Origin: Alphaproteobacteria bacterium
GTDB lineage: Bacteria; Pseudomonadota; Alphaproteobacteria; UBA7887
NCBI GenBank assembly: GCA_965216755.1
Contig: CBDCGL010000011.1
Location: forward strand, 3,626,963 to 3,690,962
Direction of reading: 5' to 3'
DNA: 64,000 nt
The notes beneath the pieces were generated by a model. It worked only from the letters and a program-made list of their open reading frames with translations. It made no database searches and was not told where the DNA came from. The position numbers were made by a program, and so were the translations under genes. This document shows, in pieces, positions 21,519 through 31,046 of the stretch (the stretch's first letter is position 1; each line of letters begins with the position of its first letter).

Positions 21519-22284
21519 CGCCGTTGCCCGCCGTCGCCGGTGATTGGGGAAGGGGCTGAAGTTGCGGCCAAACACAGCGTTCGGCCATGTCGATGTCGTC
21601 GGGAAAATCGATCTCGGTCCAGGGCAGTCCGGTAATGTCCTCGAAGCCGAAAGCCCCCGGCGGTTCCGCGATCAACAAGTCGCGCAGCGCCTCATCATAG
21701 TAGTCGGTGGTTTGGCCGGCATCGATATAGCGGCGAGTGGCGTCGGCCAGGCGTCTGGCCATGTGCCCGGACAGGCGGAAAAAGCCGACCGATTCACCGT
21801 GCCAATCGTGAGCATGCTCTGGTTGTTTGCGAAAGTCGACCAATTGGCCGTTCTTCACGCAAAGTTTCGCCGGCTCGTCACCGGGTTCGATATTACGGTC
21901 AAGCAAGAAGCAGTTGGCGTGGCGCGAACCGAGCAGTCGCGCGATCATGCGCTGATCGTAAAGGACATCGCCGTCCATCAGCAACACGTCGTCGCCGGCC
22001 GACAAATGGGCGCGCAGCGCCCATTGGGTCACGATGCTGCCCGCGCGATAGTCCGGATTGTGGACCGTCTCAATCGGAATGCCGGCAACGGACTGGGCCA
22101 GTTCGTGCGTGATATCGGCGGCACGATAACCGGTTGCGACGACAATTCTATCGACTCCGCAACTCTGCAATATGCGAACATGTCTTTCCAACAGTGTGTG
22201 GCCGCCAAAGCGCAGCAGAATCTTCGGCCCGTCAACGCCGATCAACCGGTCGCCGACACCGGCGGCAAACAGACACGCGCGCAT
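21508..22284 (-). CDS. LicC-like nucleotidyltransferase (phospho/phosphono-alcohol cytidylyltransferase type)
   Basis: AAGVGDRL (GxGxRL) N-terminal motif and NTP_transferase fold pattern. The ATG at 22284 overlaps the upstream stop; the 106-codon upstream extension is Arg-rich and rejected. Confidence 0.8.
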   Translation of the reverse strand: MRACLFAAGVGDRLIGVDGPKILLRFGGHTLLERHVRILQSCGVDRIVVATGYRAADITHELAQSVAGIPIETVHNPDYRAGSIVTQWALRAHLSAGDDVLLMDGDVLYDQRMIARLLGSRHANCFLLDRNIEPGDEPAKLCVKNGQLVDFRKQPEHAHDWHGESVGFFRLSGHMARRLADATRRYIDAGQTTDYYDEALRDLLIAEPPGAFGFEDITGLPWTEIDFPDDIDMAERCVWPQLQPLPQSPATAGNGDES

Positions 22285-23270
22285 CAAGATACGCCGCGCG
22301 ACCGCGCGCGCCACCAGCGGTGCCCCTCGATCGCCTGCCAGGCAATCAGGCCGGGGACGCCGCCCAGGATTTCGCGCATCCGTCTGACGATCGCAATGGC
22401 GAGGCCGACATCGGCGCCGAGACCCAACACGCCAGCCACGATCATATAGCCGCCTTCCTGAAGGCCGAGCCCGCCGGGTACGGCGAACGCCGCGCTGCGC
22501 ACCGCTTGCACCAAGCCCTGAATGATCAAGGCTTCGACCATGCCCGCCGGGACCCCCATGAATGCCAATGCCAGATACACTTCGCCGGCGCCGAGCGCCC
22601 AACTCACCAGATGATAGACCGAAGCGACCGCCATCTCGCGGCGTCTGCCATAGGTCGCGCGTACGGCGCGGTCCAACCGGCGCGCACCGCCAACCAAGTT
22701 TGCCAGACTGTCGCCGCCCAAGCGCTCGATAAATCCGGCAAGAAACCCAAACAAGCCGCGTTGTTGAACGGCGGCGAAGCCGACAACGGCGGCAAAGAAC
22801 AATGCAGTAACCGCAAGCACAGCGCCGGTTAACTCGCGACCGCCATCATGGTGCGCAACCAAAAGGCCCAAGGCCACCAAGGTAAACAGGGCCTGCATCA
22901 GCACGATCAACGTCATATCGACGACCAAACTGGCCGCGGCCAGCGGCCCCGGCATGCCGCGCACGATCAAAAGTCGCGCCACCACCACATCGCCGCCGAT
23001 CTGTGCGACCGGCAGCAGTTGGTTTACCGACTGGCGAATCCAACGCATTTTCCACGCCACCAACAGCGACGGGCGCGCCCGGGTCGCCGCCACGCGACGC
23101 CAGCCAAAGGCGTCGGCCAATAGCGGAATGGCATCGAAGGCGACGATGATCAAGATCCCCCAGCCAACCGTGACTAAGGCTTCGGCCAAGGTATCGGCGC
23201 CACGCCACACAACCAAACCCGTAAACAGCGCCAAGCCGGCCAAACCAAACAGGACCATGAGCCGTTTCAT
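22284..23270 (-). CDS. UPF0104 / lysylphosphatidylglycerol-synthase-TM-region (HpnL-like, flippase-like) membrane protein
   Basis: 328-aa polytopic protein starting MKRLMVLFGLAGLALFTGLVVWRG..., resembling the HpnL/UPF0104 family. Overlaps both neighbours by 1-4 nt. Confidence 0.7.
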   Translation of the reverse strand: MKRLMVLFGLAGLALFTGLVVWRGADTLAEALVTVGWGILIIVAFDAIPLLADAFGWRRVAATRARPSLLVAWKMRWIRQSVNQLLPVAQIGGDVVVARLLIVRGMPGPLAAASLVVDMTLIVLMQALFTLVALGLLVAHHDGGRELTGAVLAVTALFFAAVVGFAAVQQRGLFGFLAGFIERLGGDSLANLVGGARRLDRAVRATYGRRREMAVASVYHLVSWALGAGEVYLALAFMGVPAGMVEALIIQGLVQAVRSAAFAVPGGLGLQEGGYMIVAGVLGLGADVGLAIAIVRRMREILGGVPGLIAWQAIEGHRWWRARSRGVS

Positions 23271-25900
23271 GGCTCTTGGGTCCTCGCCGTGGCGATCGTC
23301 ATCAGGGCCGGCAACAATAGGATCGTGGCCGCGAATGTTACGCCAACGCCAATGATCAGCAGCATACCCATACTTGCCGTGCCGACATGTTCGGACACGG
23401 CCAAGGCCCCGAAACCAGCCATGGTGGTCGCCGCGCTCAACAAGGCGGCGCGCGCCGTCGATGTCGCCAGGACGGGTTGTGCCGGCGCGGCGCGCTGGCG
23501 CCGCATCAGGTGAATGGCGCTGTCGACACCAATGCCCAGCAGCAGGGGCAGTACGATGACATTGGCGAAGTTGAAGGTCATCCCGGCAAGCGTCATGATC
23601 GCGGCCGTCAACAGCGCGCCCAGCAACAGCGGTGCCATCACCAAGGCGACGTCGATCGGACGCCGGGTTACGATCAGCAACAATGCGGCGATCGAAACCA
23701 ATGCGGCCAGCAGAGCCTGAATAAAAGCCGTTATCACGGTATCGCCTGCTTCCAACACCAAAACCGGTTGATCGGTGATATCTTCAGCAACCGTTCGCAC
23801 GGCATCGACAAAGCGCACCAAGGCGTCATTGTTGGCGACGATGTCCTCGGCCGGGAAGACCTGAACCCGTTGGCCGCCATCGCGCGCCTGGAATTGCGCC
23901 CGCAGGTCCTCTGGCAGCGCCGATTCGGTAAACGGCGCGGCGGTAAGCGATGCGTCCAACAGGGCGATCTGATAGGGCAATGCACCGAGCCAGGCGTCGC
24001 GAATAGCCGCCAGTGAGATCGACCTGTCGTCACCGGCGCGCAGGGCGCGATCCAATGCGGTGCGCAGGTCGGATACGCCGGCGGGCGCGTCAGGGCGCGC
24101 TGTGGCAACTTGGTCAAGTGCGCGCAGCAGGGCCTTCAAGGCGAGCTGTTCTTCATCCGGTGTGCTCGCGGTGCCGGGCGCCAAAGCAAACGGATCTGGT
24201 TCAGACACAAACGCAATGTCTTGGATGATTTCGTATTTCGTATCTTGATCTGCGGGCACGAAGTCGTCCAATGTGATGGCTTCGTCAACTTCGGGCAGCT
24301 GTTCGAAGGCGGTCTTGAGAGACGCCGCCTCGGCGCGGTCGGCGGCGACAACGGACGCGGTCCACGGCTTGGTCTGGGTGTCGTCCAGCAAAGTGCGCAG
24401 CGCGGTGACCGATTCACGTGCCGGATTTTGTAGGTTGAGCGGGTTCGGGTCGAAGCCGACCTGTGGCGCCACCGCCAAGCCGACCAGTGCCAGCACGGCG
24501 GCACCAATCGCGATCGGGCGCGCGTTGCGGTGCGGCCAGTGCGCGAATCGGTTTGCGCGTTGTGACCGCGGGCGCACTGAGCCGGGTGGCAACACCAGCG
24601 TCAACAGCGCCGGCAAAACCGTCAGGTTGGCGAAGAGACTGACGAACATGCCCGTGCCGGCGATAACGCCCAACTCCGACACACCGTCATAGTCGGTCAG
24701 CAAAAAGGCATAAAACCCGACCGCGGTCGACACGGCGCACAAGGTCAGGGCACCGCCGACGGCGCGTCCGGCTTTGGCAACGGCCGCGGTTGGATCGAAG
24801 CCGGCGGCGACCATCTCGCGGAAACGCAATCCATAGTGGATGCTGGCATCGATCCCAAGACTGACGAACAGAACCGCAAACGCGATCGAGATCAGGTTCA
24901 AATGTCCGACCAGGACCGCGGCAAACCATGCCGTCCACACCAGGCCGATGGCCAACGTCACCAATGCGGCGATCACCAAGCGGATAGAGCGTAAGCCAAC
25001 TAACAAAATCACCGCGACCAAGAACAACGCCACCAGTCCGGCGTGCTGCGCGCCCAATTGGGCGGATTCAAGCTCGTCATGGCCAAGCGCAACCGTGCCT
25101 GTCAATGACACCGTGACTCCGTTGGTCGGCGTTAGGGCCGCCGCGGCCGCGATATCGCGAATCGACTGTAGAACCGCCGCGCCCGGCATCAGCTGCGCGT
25201 AGTCGAGTGCGGCCGGCTGGACAACGATCACGGCGCGTAGGTCGGCCGCGGTCGGCGCGGTCCCGTGCATGATCTCAACCCAAGACAACTGCGCCGGGAC
25301 GCCGTCCAACAGGTTCTCGATCACACGCCCCATGCGTGTGAACAGCAACGCCAAATCTTCCAGCGGAGCCGCTTTGGTCAAGGCATCGTCGATGCCCAAC
25401 CGCAAGACCGCGGAAAGACCGCGCAGGCTCATGTCCTGGCGCAGGCGCTGCAACAGCGGCTGTGCCTCGCCCAAATCGTCGAGCAGGTCGAGAAGTTCCG
25501 CCTCGCTGAGATAGAACAAACCATTGTTGGCAAAAAACGCGCCGGCGCCCGGGGCGTAGACATAGGGAAAATGTTCCGGCTGGGCGTTAAGCGCGGTGGT
25601 GAGTGTGTCGCGCGCGGCGCGGACGCGATCGGGCGTGTCTGCTTCCAACAGAACGGTGACCGTGTCGTTCAGGCGCGGGAACTGCGCCTTGTAGGCTTTG
25701 TAAGTTCTCAGAAACGGTGTTTCGTCGGAGATCAAGTCCAAGGTGTCGGTATCGATTGTCATGGTCGCGACCGTATAGGGAACGGTCGCGGCGGCGCTGA
25801 CAATGGCCAAGATCACGACCCACACTGCGTATCGCTGAACAGTACCGAGCCACGTCGCCAAGACACGATCGAGCGGGGCTGTCGGTTGGCGATCAGACAA
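23267..25900 (-). CDS. HpnN-like RND/MMPL family lipid exporter
   Basis: 877 aa with two 6-TM bundles and two periplasmic loops. The N-terminal ...TIDTDTLDLISDETPFLRTYKAYKAQFP... matches the hopanoid-transporter HpnN-type pattern. Confidence 0.8.
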   Translation of the reverse strand: MSDRQPTAPLDRVLATWLGTVQRYAVWVVILAIVSAAATVPYTVATMTIDTDTLDLISDETPFLRTYKAYKAQFPRLNDTVTVLLEADTPDRVRAARDTLTTALNAQPEHFPYVYAPGAGAFFANNGLFYLSEAELLDLLDDLGEAQPLLQRLRQDMSLRGLSAVLRLGIDDALTKAAPLEDLALLFTRMGRVIENLLDGVPAQLSWVEIMHGTAPTAADLRAVIVVQPAALDYAQLMPGAAVLQSIRDIAAAAALTPTNGVTVSLTGTVALGHDELESAQLGAQHAGLVALFLVAVILLVGLRSIRLVIAALVTLAIGLVWTAWFAAVLVGHLNLISIAFAVLFVSLGIDASIHYGLRFREMVAAGFDPTAAVAKAGRAVGGALTLCAVSTAVGFYAFLLTDYDGVSELGVIAGTGMFVSLFANLTVLPALLTLVLPPGSVRPRSQRANRFAHWPHRNARPIAIGAAVLALVGLAVAPQVGFDPNPLNLQNPARESVTALRTLLDDTQTKPWTASVVAADRAEAASLKTAFEQLPEVDEAITLDDFVPADQDTKYEIIQDIAFVSEPDPFALAPGTASTPDEEQLALKALLRALDQVATARPDAPAGVSDLRTALDRALRAGDDRSISLAAIRDAWLGALPYQIALLDASLTAAPFTESALPEDLRAQFQARDGGQRVQVFPAEDIVANNDALVRFVDAVRTVAEDITDQPVLVLEAGDTVITAFIQALLAALVSIAALLLIVTRRPIDVALVMAPLLLGALLTAAIMTLAGMTFNFANVIVLPLLLGIGVDSAIHLMRRQRAAPAQPVLATSTARAALLSAATTMAGFGALAVSEHVGTASMGMLLIIGVGVTFAATILLLPALMTIATARTQEP

Positions 25901-25915
25901 GGGACGCGTGAGACC

Positions 25916-27097
25916 TTAGACGGTGGCCAAATGGCGGCGCAATCGTTGCGCGACCGCTGCTGGCGTGACCGTTGGGCGCGGCAGACCAGCCGGGACGCCG
26001 GGCCGGGTGGGCAGGTGCACAAAGTGCGGCCCGGGCCCCTGTTCGCCCAATCTATTCGCCAATACATGCGGCGTCGTGACACGTTGGGTGGTGGCATAGC
26101 CGCACGCGGCTGCGACCGCGCAAAAATCGACGGTGTGCGAAACGGTCGCTTGACCGCCGGTCGATTCATGCATGCCGTTGTCGAATAGAATATGCACCAG
26201 ATTGTTGGGGCGCGCCGCGCCGATCGTGGCCAGTGCACCAAGGCGCATCAAGGCGGCACCATCGCCATCCAAGGCAATCACGCGCACGTCTGGCCGCGCC
26301 AGCGCGAGCCCCAGCGCAAGGCTGGATACGCAGCCCATCGAACCGACCATGTAGAGCTGGTTTGGCCGGTCTTCCAACCCATAAAGGGCGCGGCCGGTAA
26401 ACCCCGTCGTGGCGATGATCACGTCGCGCGCGCCGCTCGTCGCCTGCACCGCCGCCAGCAGTTCGTGGCGCGTCGCGTCGGCGGGCGTCGCGACCGTCGG
26501 TATAGCGGTGCGCGGCGCCGGTCGGTTGGTCTCGTTCTGGGCTAGGGGATAGGGCGCGACACTCCCCTTCGACATCAAAAGGGCATACGGGCGACCGGTC
26601 TTGCGGCGCTGCGCGTCGGCGCGGTCAAAAACGCCGGCGACCGCTTCGGATGTGCGCGGAAACGGCTCCCACGGCACCTGCAACAGTTCCAATTGGCGAC
26701 CGGTTATGGGGCCCATCAGCCCATGTTGCGGTTCATCCCCGGCGCCGCCCGGCTGGCCCCGCCAAGTGACGATCAGCAGCAACGGGATGTTGAAGATGTG
26801 GGTCAACGACGACAATGGGCTGACCGCGTTGCCTAGCCCGGAGTTTTGCATCATCACCACACTGCGCCGACCACCGAGCTCGGCACCCGCCGCAATGGCG
26901 ACCGCATCGCCTTCATTCGTCGCACCGACATAGTCCAATCCGTCGGCCCCAATCACGTAGTTGATGAACGGGGTCAGATAGGAACAAGGCACGCCTGTGA
27001 ACAGATCGTAGCCGCGCGCTTTGGCGGCGCCTATAAACGCCTCGGCGTCGATCACAATGTCACACGAAATTGCCGGCGACCAACAGGTCGTCGACAT
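25916..27097 (-). CDS. ppd: phosphonopyruvate decarboxylase
   Basis: [10 protein letters not shown]-terminus; ThDP motif [31 protein letters not shown]. Start uncertain: ATG 27097/27100 (overlaps pepM) or GTG 27055 just after the pepM stop. Confidence 0.9.
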   Translation of the reverse strand: MSTTCWSPAISCDIVIDAEAFIGAAKARGYDLFTGVPCSYLTPFINYVIGADGLDYVGATNEGDAVAIAAGAELGGRRSVVMMQNSGLGNAVSPLSSLTHIFNIPLLLIVTWRGQPGGAGDEPQHGLMGPITGRQLELLQVPWEPFPRTSEAVAGVFDRADAQRRKTGRPYALLMSKGSVAPYPLAQNETNRPAPRTAIPTVATPADATRHELLAAVQATSGARDVIIATTGFTGRALYGLEDRPNQLYMVGSMGCVSSLALGLALARPDVRVIALDGDGAALMRLGALATIGAARPNNLVHILFDNGMHESTGGQATVSHTVDFCAVAAACGYATTQRVTTPHVLANRLGEQGPGPHFVHLPTRPGVPAGLPRPTVTPAAVAQRLRRHLATV

Positions 27098-28721
27098 CAT
27101 CGATGTCGAGCCAATGCCCGGTTGTGTAGACGACCCGCACCTTCTGGCCCGCGCCAACCAAGCGATTGAACAACGCATCGATGCCGGCGTTTTCGAACGC
27201 CACGCGATCGTCGTCGCGCCAGCCCGTGAGGGTTTCAAAGGCCACCTGCGCGCCGGCGGCCGTGAAGCGCGCCACCCCCATCCACTCGCCGTGGATCTTG
27301 CCGGATAGTGCCGGTCCCATCTCGGCCAGCCAGACCGGGGCATAGTAGGCCTCGCGGCTATTGGGCAGTGAACATTTAACATAGTCGGCCGCCCGATTGG
27401 CGCCGCGATTGCGGCTGGTTTTCCAGTTGGTATCGACGGCAATGGTGATGTCGGCGTCGCTTTCCGTCAGCATGTCCAGCACATAACGACGAAACAGCAC
27501 GTCGCCATAGGATACGAACACGTCCCTGGTCGCAGGTTGCAGTGCCAGCGCCAGGGACACGATCTCTTGCGTGGTGTCGTAAGCGAGATTGTCGACATAA
27601 TCGAGGGCGGGCAGGTCGATCTTGTGCTTGGCATAGCCGCGCACCACGGTGATGTCTTTGACATCGGCTTTGCGGTAAACCTCGGCTATGTGCGCCAAGA
27701 TCGGCTTGCCGGCCACATCCAGCATTGCTTTCGGCTTGTGCTCGGTCAGGGCGCCCAATTCGCGGCCGCGCGAGGCAGCCAAAATGATCGCCGTCGCGGC
27801 GCCCTGGCTGGGTAGATAAGTTTCCTCGGCCCGCTTCAGTTCATCGGCGCCTTGCAAGCGAAACACTTCCGCCACCGGCGCGATCGCGTGTTCGACGCCA
27901 AGCAAATTTTCGTCGTCATGAATGGTCGCCGCGGTGCGCTGCATGGCGGTGATTGCCGCGCGCAGCAAATGATTGGCCCAAATCACCATCGAAACGCCGT
28001 GATCGCGGAACGCGTCGGTGGGGGTGGTGTAGTATTTGGTCGGTACCAACACCACCGGGCAGCGCCGATCCCAGGCGCGCAAGAAGCTGAACACTTCATC
28101 AGCGTTGGATCCGGCACTGTGAATCAAGATCGCGTCGGCACCAGCCGCATGATAGGCGCGCGCCCGGCGCAAGGCCTCCTCGAGCCCCCAACCGGCAATG
28201 AATGCTTCGACCCGTGCGACAATGGAAAAATCCGGATCGTGCTGGGCCGCCTTGCCGGCCCGAATCTTGCCGCAAAACTCATCGATGTCAGCCAGCGGCT
28301 GTGTGGCGCCGGCAATGAAGCTGTTGGTCTTCGGGAACTGTTTGTCCTCGATGCAGACCGCCGCCACGCCACGGCTTTCCAACTTTTGCACGAGCCGGCG
28401 CATATTGTTGAAATTGCCATATCCAGTGTCGCCGTCGAGCATGATCGGCACGGTGCACGCGTCGTTCATGAATTCGACCACTTCAAGCACCTGGGTCCAG
28501 CTGGCCTCATTGTTGTCGCGCACACCAAGCGCCGCCGCCATTGACAAGCCACTGGCCCAAACCGCGCCGAACCCGGCCTCCTCGGCGATTTTCGCGCTCA
28601 GGCCGTTATGTGCCTCGCACACAAAACTAAGTTCCGGGGTGTTCAAGGCGGCGCGGAAACGGGCAGCGCGCGACAGTTGCGCGCGTGGCGCGGTCTCGAT
28701 CGGTACGGCAGGTGCCTGCAT
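27060..28721 (-). CDS. pepM: phosphoenolpyruvate mutase fused to a C-terminal nucleotidyltransferase domain
   Basis: PepM-specific EDK-x5-NS motif ([13 protein letters not shown]) in the N-terminal ~300 aa. The C-terminal ~250 aa has [10 protein letters not shown]...KPKAML (GxG-type NTP-transferase motif). Confidence 0.9.
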   Translation of the reverse strand: MQAPAVPIETAPRAQLSRAARFRAALNTPELSFVCEAHNGLSAKIAEEAGFGAVWASGLSMAAALGVRDNNEASWTQVLEVVEFMNDACTVPIMLDGDTGYGNFNNMRRLVQKLESRGVAAVCIEDKQFPKTNSFIAGATQPLADIDEFCGKIRAGKAAQHDPDFSIVARVEAFIAGWGLEEALRRARAYHAAGADAILIHSAGSNADEVFSFLRAWDRRCPVVLVPTKYYTTPTDAFRDHGVSMVIWANHLLRAAITAMQRTAATIHDDENLLGVEHAIAPVAEVFRLQGADELKRAEETYLPSQGAATAIILAASRGRELGALTEHKPKAMLDVAGKPILAHIAEVYRKADVKDITVVRGYAKHKIDLPALDYVDNLAYDTTQEIVSLALALQPATRDVFVSYGDVLFRRYVLDMLTESDADITIAVDTNWKTSRNRGANRAADYVKCSLPNSREAYYAPVWLAEMGPALSGKIHGEWMGVARFTAAGAQVAFETLTGWRDDDRVAFENAGIDALFNRLVGAGQKVRVVYTTGHWLDIDDVDDLLVAGNFV

Positions 28722-28820
28722 TATGGTGCTATACAGATCGCTTCAATGGTCCACAATGTCCGTTTGCGTCCGCGGCGGACGCATTCCAAACCGAACGGCG
28801 GCACCATAGCACGTGTGACG

Positions 28821-29153
28821 ATGGCAAAGGCACCCTCAACCGGTTCTGATCGTGTCGCCAGCGACAAGGTGGTGTGTCGGACGCCGACACCCAACAAACG
28901 GCCGACTCGGATTCCACGTTGGAAATTCGACGCGGTGGCCGACGCTATTCGCACCGTAGTCCCGCGGGCGGGAGATGGCGTGGTGTTCAAAGACCTTCCG
29001 GGCTTGGTGGCCGGTGTGCTTGGCGACGATGTCAAACACCAGCTGGGATCTGTGGGCTGGCATGTGGCGACGGTCAAGTTGGAGCTGGAAGTACGCGGCG
29101 AGTTGGTTCGCGTGCCCCGCGCCAAACCGCAGCGCCTGCGGCGCCGTTCGTGA
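28821..29153 (+). CDS. hypothetical protein (110 aa, basic)
   Basis: ATG at 28821, high GC3 and a coherent sequence; divergent from pepM. No motif recognised. Confidence 0.45.
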   Translation: MAKAPSTGSDRVASDKVVCRTPTPNKRPTRIPRWKFDAVADAIRTVVPRAGDGVVFKDLPGLVAGVLGDDVKHQLGSVGWHVATVKLELEVRGELVRVPRAKPQRLRRRS

Positions 29154-29293
29154 CCCCGATTGCGCGTTTGTGTTCCGTACCTGGTGTGCGGACGGTGCAT
29201 AGCGTCGATGTGTCGCCGGATGCGTGTGCGATTGCCGAGAATATGAAATGATCGCCGGCGGCGTGGCGCTTAGCGGAGAGGGACTTAGGCAAA

Positions 29294-30268
29294 ATGAAAG
29301 CGATCCTGGCGCATGAATTCGGCGGACCCGAGGTTCTGAAGTACGAACAGACGGCGGACCCGGTCGCCGGCCCTGGCGACGTCGTGATCGACGTGAAAGC
29401 CGCCGGAATTAATCCGGCAGACACCTACATGCGCGGTGGCGCCTATGCGATTGTGCCGCCCTTGCCGTACACGCCGGGCGGCGATGCGGCGGGTGTGATC
29501 GCCGCCGTCGGTGCGGGGGTCAGTGATTTCGCAGTTGGCGACCATGTCTTCGTTGGCACGGCGATGGGCTTTAACATGACCGGCTGCTACGCGGAAAAAG
29601 TCGTGCGGCCGGCAACCGATGTGCTGCCGTTGCCCAAAGGCGTCAGCTTCGCCCAGGCCGCCGCCCTCGGCGTGCCGTATGCCACCGCGCACTACGCCCT
29701 GTTCGCGCGCGGCGGCGCCGAAACGGGCGAAACCGTATTCGTCCATGGTGCGTCGGGCGCCGTTGGCACGGCCGCGATCCAGCTTGCCAAACGCGCCGGT
29801 CTGACCGCAATGGGTTCCGCCGGTACAGAACGCGGATTGACTTTGGTGCGCGAACAGGGCGCGGCGCACGCCGTCGATCACAGCAAAGAGGGATATATCG
29901 AACAGCTCCGCGGGCTAACCGGCGGTACCGGGCCGGCGCTCATTCTGGAAATGTTGGCCAACGTCAATCTCGCCGCCGATCTTGATCTGGTGGCGAAATA
30001 TGGTCGCATCGTCGTGATTGGCAATCGCGGCGAAATCACCATCAACGCGCGCGTGGCCATGATGAAGGAATTGGACGTGCGCGGCATCGCCCTGTTCAAT
30101 GGCGCGGCGGCCCAGATGCGCGAGATCATGACAGATCTGGTCGCGGGGCTTGAAGATGGGACGCTCAACCCGATTGTCGGTCGCGAGATGCCGCTGGCTG
30201 AAGCGGCGGCGGGCCATGTCGCCGTGTTGGAGCCTGGCGCTTTCGGCAAGATCGTGCTTGTGCTTTGA
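29294..30268 (+). CDS. NADPH:quinone oxidoreductase (MDR/zeta-crystallin family)
   Basis: MKAILAHEFGGPEVLKYE...PGGDAAGVIAAVG...VHGASGAVGTAAIQLAK Rossmann motif. Confidence 0.85.
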   Translation: MKAILAHEFGGPEVLKYEQTADPVAGPGDVVIDVKAAGINPADTYMRGGAYAIVPPLPYTPGGDAAGVIAAVGAGVSDFAVGDHVFVGTAMGFNMTGCYAEKVVRPATDVLPLPKGVSFAQAAALGVPYATAHYALFARGGAETGETVFVHGASGAVGTAAIQLAKRAGLTAMGSAGTERGLTLVREQGAAHAVDHSKEGYIEQLRGLTGGTGPALILEMLANVNLAADLDLVAKYGRIVVIGNRGEITINARVAMMKELDVRGIALFNGAAAQMREIMTDLVAGLEDGTLNPIVGREMPLAEAAAGHVAVLEPGAFGKIVLVL

Positions 30269-30278
30269 AATTGTTGGC

Positions 30279-30746
30279 ATGCGTCGCGGCGCTGGCACCC
30301 CGGCGTTGTTCATGGCGATGGTGCTTGCGCTGGTTTCGGCCCATCGGGGCGCGATCGCCAATGACGCCGATGGCGTGTTCCGATTGGCGAATGTGGCCTG
30401 GCCTAACTATTGTCTTGGCACCGACGGGCGCAACATACGCTTGACCCGGTGCGACCTGGCACCGCAATGGACCGTGAGCCGCGATGGTCAATGGTCAATC
30501 TCGGCTGCCGGCCGGCCGACCTGTCTCACCGCGCAGATCACGGCCGGCGTTCCGGACCTCCACTCGCACCTGCGCATTTTGGCGTGCAGCGGCGCGGTGA
30601 TGCAGCGATTCTCGGTGGGCGATGGTCGCTTACGTGGTGCCGATGGCCGGCGCGCAACAGCCGCCGGACCTGACTTGCCGGTACGCTACGGCGGGAAAGC
30701 TTCGTTGGTGGGCACGGATATGTGGCGCCGTTTGCACGGGCCCTAA
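30279..30746 (+). CDS. secreted protein, possible ricin-B-type beta-trefoil lectin domain
   Basis: Signal peptide, paired Cys residues and QxW-like motifs (PQW, GQW). Weak assignment. Confidence 0.4.
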   Translation: MRRGAGTPALFMAMVLALVSAHRGAIANDADGVFRLANVAWPNYCLGTDGRNIRLTRCDLAPQWTVSRDGQWSISAAGRPTCLTAQITAGVPDLHSHLRILACSGAVMQRFSVGDGRLRGADGRRATAAGPDLPVRYGGKASLVGTDMWRRLHGP

Positions 30747-31046
30747 GGCGGGGCCGATGTGACCATTGTCGGCGCTGGCTTGGTATCGTTGCGGGACCCC
30801 GTGTTGGGCCCGCGGCGGCGGGCGCGATCGGCGGCGCAATCAGCACCGTCGCCGACGCGATCAATCTTCGTTGATACGATTGCCTTTGAAGGAAGCCAAT
30901 TTCATCGATATCAAATAGATAGAGCAAGTCATGCGGAAGTATCTGAGCGTGACATGCTCTAGACTTTGGTGCGGAAGTTCGATCAGACCGCGGACAACGG
31001 ACGTTCAACTGTTAATCTGGCGTGGCGACGTACAAGTGGGTCCGAA

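Noticed and set aside
21508-22602. Long N-terminal extensions in the ORF track. Examples: NTase to 22602, htpG to 11371, pip from 19113, Ppd to 27442, haloacid dehalogenase from 56983, crotonase to 62100
   Set aside because: The extended parts are Arg/Pro-rich, overlap the neighbouring well-supported gene, and lie upstream of internal ATG/GTG codons that match family N-termini and operon-style start/stop overlaps.
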